Assembly (NCBI GenBank): GCA_032718475.1
Contig: JAUCBJ010006570.1
Location: 1-64,000 of the forward strand
DNA length: 64,000 bases
Direction of reading: 5' to 3'
Source: Nemertoderma westbladi
Lineage: Eukaryota; Animalia; Xenacoelomorpha
The notes beneath the pieces were generated by a model that saw only the letters and a list, made by a program, of their open reading frames with translations, was not told the DNA's origin and made no database searches. Made by a program: the position numbers and the translations under genes. Below, in pieces: positions 60,301-64,000 of this stretch (the stretch's first letter is position 1; the number at the start of each line of letters is the position of its first letter).

Positions 60301-63300
60301 GCTGCTTGGCGTAGGTAAAGACTGACGACTTTGTGCTTCGGTCACTCCAGCAGATGCCGTGGTTCTTTTAACTGTTCAAGTATATTTAACTACTGATTAT
60401 TTGTTATATCGGTACTTGTACCTAATTTAGGGTTTAGTGTGCAGTACCTTCCGAAGTAATTAGTGTAGGCAGTATATTTGTGTTGTAAAGTGGTTGATAG
60501 GCACATTCGTTAGCTCTATTAGCTTCTGGGTAGGAACAATCCGTGATACATAACGTAGTACCTATAGCGATACGGTTATAGGTCGTCAGGCGGTGGTATT
60601 TTCCTATCTGGACAGTACAATATATTTACTACTACTTATTATTCAAATACCGTAGTACCCTGTCTGTTTGTAATAGCCAGAAATCTAACCCTTTGTTAGG
60701 CTGGTTTGTAGACTTCCTGTAAAATTACCCTAAAAATTCGTACGTAATATTTTGTTGTGTTTAATTAGAGAATTAATCTCACCCGTATCGTAAGTAATTC
60801 GTAGTATTAAGTAACTTAGGTAAATTAGAATTATCAGTTTTAGTGTCAAATAAATAGCACTTCACTGAGAGGCGTTCAGCTTCTGTGTAGTGACCCCCAG
60901 AAATAATAACATTTATTTCAAATATTGTAAAAACCCTTTTTAAACGGGTATATAAATATTATAAATCAAATCAAACGATTTATAAATAGTAGGCCTGTCA
61001 TACAAAACTAGGTCTCACTATCAGTTGGACTACTGCTTAAATAACGGTAACAAAGTAAGTTAAAGTAACCAAGTAGCCCTAAAATATTCAGAAATTCAAT
61101 TGTTCTAAAAATAATTGATATACCGGTACTTACAATAGGCTTATTATATTTATTTCTATAAATTTGAGCTGAAATCATACCGGTACTCTGTAATTAATTC
61201 TAGTCCAGAATTATACTTATATACTATAAGTGTAAGCTGTATACCGGTATTCATTATAGGCCTACTATATATATATATATTTGTGCTAAAATTATATACC
61301 GGTACTCTGTGACAAATCTAGTCTGTAATAATACTTATATATTATAAGCATCCCGGTATTCTAATATATTGTATATATATCACGTTCCACTGAGTAACGG
61401 TACCGGTAATAAATCGCTAGGCTTGTAGTTATACTGAATTACTAGATTTGCTTTAACTGAAATTATAGTAGTAGACATTCAACTGTATAACTAAATATGT
61501 CTGACACTCAGCAAAACCTGTCGGACAGTCTGATCGAGACCACTATCTGTGATTCAGATAGGAGAGTGGAGCGAATAATAGAGAAGTTCGGCTCACCTCC
61601 TACTGTAAAAAAGGTCATCCCTCCAGTAGTATCAGACCCTAGGCTAGTCCACCATAGGTCCATCATAGGCACTCGGGCACAGGTAAAACGGGACCAAGAG
61701 GCAGCTGTCCTATCGCAACAACATCTTGGTCAAGAACCTACTTCCCAGAGACCGGATAGCTCCAGCAGTTCGGATACTGTAGAGTTAACTCCCGAACATG
61801 GAGTGCAGATGGCTGATACAGTCTACTCGGACCCCCTTCTTACTCTTCCTGCTGCAGTACTGACTACTATACTCCTTGCGGTGGAAGAACATCAAACCGA
61901 CTGGGCGAAGAATAAGCAAGCGACCCAAGATGATTACGCGGGATACGCCAGGGAAGAATTGAGATCTATTGTTGAATCACAATGGAACTTTCCCGGACTC
62001 GGACTTCCGTTTGATATGTCCGGGGCTACTTGGGAAGATATACACAGGATGGGAGTGGCAAAAGATACAATGGATCCAGCTGTTTGGAAGAGGTCGGCAG
62101 CGGGATATGTGCGGGGATTCTTCGGATCCTTGGAGCGATTGGAGGAACAACTGTTTCGACAACCTCACGGACCTCAAGAGCAGGAAGAACTGCTATATCA
62201 CATACGCGAAAGAACCTTACGCATTCGACTAATCCTCTCAGCCTTTGAGGAAACTTCCAAAAGAAGACAGGATACGTCGCTGCACGTTGCTGTCAAAACT
62301 TGGCTACATCGAGTAGATCGCAAAGTACAGGAAACAGCACAGTGGAAATCCCAGCTGGCTGAGAGATCAATCTATGAGGAACCAACTGATGTCACCGAAC
62401 AAACTGATGTCACCCTTGCTCAAGAGGAAAGCGAAGAGGCCGCCGAGAAACCGCGAACTAGAGACGCTATCGACATTTATTTGTCCGACTATCAGCGATT
62501 CCTAGGAGACGAAGAGTTGAGGAGACGGCTACATGGACTTTCCCCTAATAGTGAAGGAACCAAGCTTATATTGGACGCGATCGATACCGAAATGTTAGCT
62601 GCAAATCAAGCTGAATGTGATGAAAAACTCCGCCTCACTAGAGTCCGAGAAGAACAAATAAAGAAAAGAAGGATAGAGGAACAAAAGGCGGCGGATATGG
62701 CGGCGGTTATGGCAGATGCAGAAGCCGAAAGAAAGGCAAAAGCAGCAGAAGCAGAAGCCGAAAGAAAGAAAAAGGCGGCGGAAGCAGAAGCCGAAAGAAA
62801 GGCAAAAGCGGCAGATGCAGAAGCCAAAAGAAAGGCAGCGAAGGCAGTGGCAGAAGTAGAAAGGAGAGCATCTGAGCAGACTACCCAACTGGAGTTGGAG
62901 AATCTGCAAGAGACACAAGACAGTATAACTAAACAGTATACTGCTAATCAGATGCAGATGATGAGAAAATCTACTCCCAAGCGCCAAGGGTACACATCAT
63001 CGGAGGAAGGCGATACTACAGACCCTGAAGGCGGAGGAGATAGATCTCATCTAAGTAGGCGTAGAAAAACATATTACCGTCGCAAATTGCCTGATTTGCC
63101 CCCAGCTGTTAAAAGACAGCTAACTAGCACAGATTTAGGTAGTGCAGAACCCATAGAACAATTTATCCAGGTCAAAAGACTCCCTACTATAGTCGATGAA
63201 CCTGAAATAATTAGGCCTGTAATTCCCAAAGTCAATTCTGTGCTAGAGACCCCTACACTTCCAGAGCTTAACTCTAAATTCCCTTTACATAGCACTACAC

Positions 63301-64000
63301 TGCCTGTACCCGGTGGAACAGCCCATGCAAACACCCCTGTCCAGATAGCAGAGAGAGAAATTAATAATTTGTCTCCCGTCGTCCCGCGTCAGCCCGCTAC
63401 TATGTTGGCGACTCCCGCTTCGGCGGTTGAGTGGGTGGAAGAGGGACGGCGGGGGATGAATCTTCTGCTAGGACAGATGCAGGAGACTGTCCACCAACTT
63501 AAGGGAACAGTGAGGGAAAGTAGAGCAGAGTTGCAAGAAGTGCAGCAAAGTATCGCGCTAGAACGCGACAAATTAGTCAATATTCAAAAAGGCATACCAA
63601 TGCCCCCGGTAACATTGAGTCAACCCGTTAGGTCTGAAGTATCACATGCGCAAGGTGTGGAGCCTACACGCATCTATACTGCTAGTGAAGTTGAAACTCC
63701 TATAGCAAACCCTATTAAGGGTGATTATAGACCTGTTATTAATGATATTCCCTATAGACCTGATAATGATCCGAGAAATTTGGATACCGATAATTCGATA
63801 TTAAATAACACGATGGCCCAAGAAAGCTTTACGCGTCAGATGGCTAGAACAGAAGCCCGCCAAGCGGTCAAAGTGGGAGAGATCGTCAAATTCAATGGGG
63901 ATGAGATGAAATGGTTACCTTTCAACGAATATTACAAAGATAGCATACAGAACTCTGTACTATCTAATGGAGAGAAACTTAGATTCCTCATCAAGTGTTT
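57305..64000 (+). mobile_element. Bel/Pao family A, copy 3 (putative LTR to ~59207, leader, gag; runs off window end)
   Basis: Collinear with copies 1 and 2; 5' boundary tentative. Confidence 0.85.
61497..64000 (+). CDS. Apparently intact Bel/Pao gag (partial, >830 aa)
   Basis: MSDTQQNLSDSL...KFNGDEMKWLPF...NGEKLRFLIKC with start and end in the same frame; has GAG where copy 2 has TAG. Absent from the ORF track, consistent with no stop before the window end. Confidence 0.85.
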   Translation, partial: MSDTQQNLSDSLIETTICDSDRRVERIIEKFGSPPTVKKVIPPVVSDPRLVHHRSIIGTRAQVKRDQEAAVLSQQHLGQEPTSQRPDSSSSSDTVELTPEHGVQMADTVYSDPLLTLPAAVLTTILLAVEEHQTDWAKNKQATQDDYAGYAREELRSIVESQWNFPGLGLPFDMSGATWEDIHRMGVAKDTMDPAVWKRSAAGYVRGFFGSLERLEEQLFRQPHGPQEQEELLYHIRERTLRIRLILSAFEETSKRRQDTSLHVAVKTWLHRVDRKVQETAQWKSQLAERSIYEEPTDVTEQTDVTLAQEESEEAAEKPRTRDAIDIYLSDYQRFLGDEELRRRLHGLSPNSEGTKLILDAIDTEMLAANQAECDEKLRLTRVREEQIKKRRIEEQKAADMAAVMADAEAERKAKAAEAEAERKKKAAEAEAERKAKAADAEAKRKAAKAVAEVERRASEQTTQLELENLQETQDSITKQYTANQMQMMRKSTPKRQGYTSSEEGDTTDPEGGGDRSHLSRRRKTYYRRKLPDLPPAVKRQLTSTDLGSAEPIEQFIQVKRLPTIVDEPEIIRPVIPKVNSVLETPTLPELNSKFPLHSTTLPVPGGTAHANTPVQIAEREINNLSPVVPRQPATMLATPASAVEWVEEGRRGMNLLLGQMQETVHQLKGTVRESRAELQEVQQSIALERDKLVNIQKGIPMPPVTLSQPVRSEVSHAQGVEPTRIYTASEVETPIANPIKGDYRPVINDIPYRPDNDPRNLDTDNSILNNTMAQESFTRQMARTEARQAVKVGEIVKFNGDEMKWLPFNEYYKDSIQNSVLSNGEKLRFLIKC

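Noticed and set aside
1-64000. tRNA, rRNA, snRNA or hammerhead/HDV ribozyme genes
   Set aside because: No convincing consensus was seen by eye; an Infernal/Rfam scan is needed to exclude them.

Overview
Repeat-dense eukaryotic (almost certainly animal) genomic DNA; the taxon cannot be fixed from the sequence. There are five single-exon host genes: a Pro/Gln-repeat protein with four divergent cold-shock-like domains (3686-6118), a mu-class GST, PSMA7, a PH-RhoGAP lacking the arginine finger, and COQ7. They sit among three copies of one Bel/Pao LTR family (family A), a second Bel/Pao element (family B) fused tail-to-tail to one of them, RTE, CR1 and CRE LINE fragments, several TIR elements with readable target-site duplications, Helitron/Helentron-like elements and 21-, 35- and 37-bp satellites. 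The best leads are: (1) the tandem cold-shock-domain protein; (2) covarying RNA hairpins in the ~2 kb family A leader, one of which sits where a tRNA primer-binding site is expected; (3) a dispensable ~290-aa N-terminal Gag domain; (4) TA-to-TACCGGTA footprint-like insertions; (5) the pseudo-GAP. All family assignments come from motif recognition by eye; no database search was run, and repeat boundaries and copy numbers are approximate.
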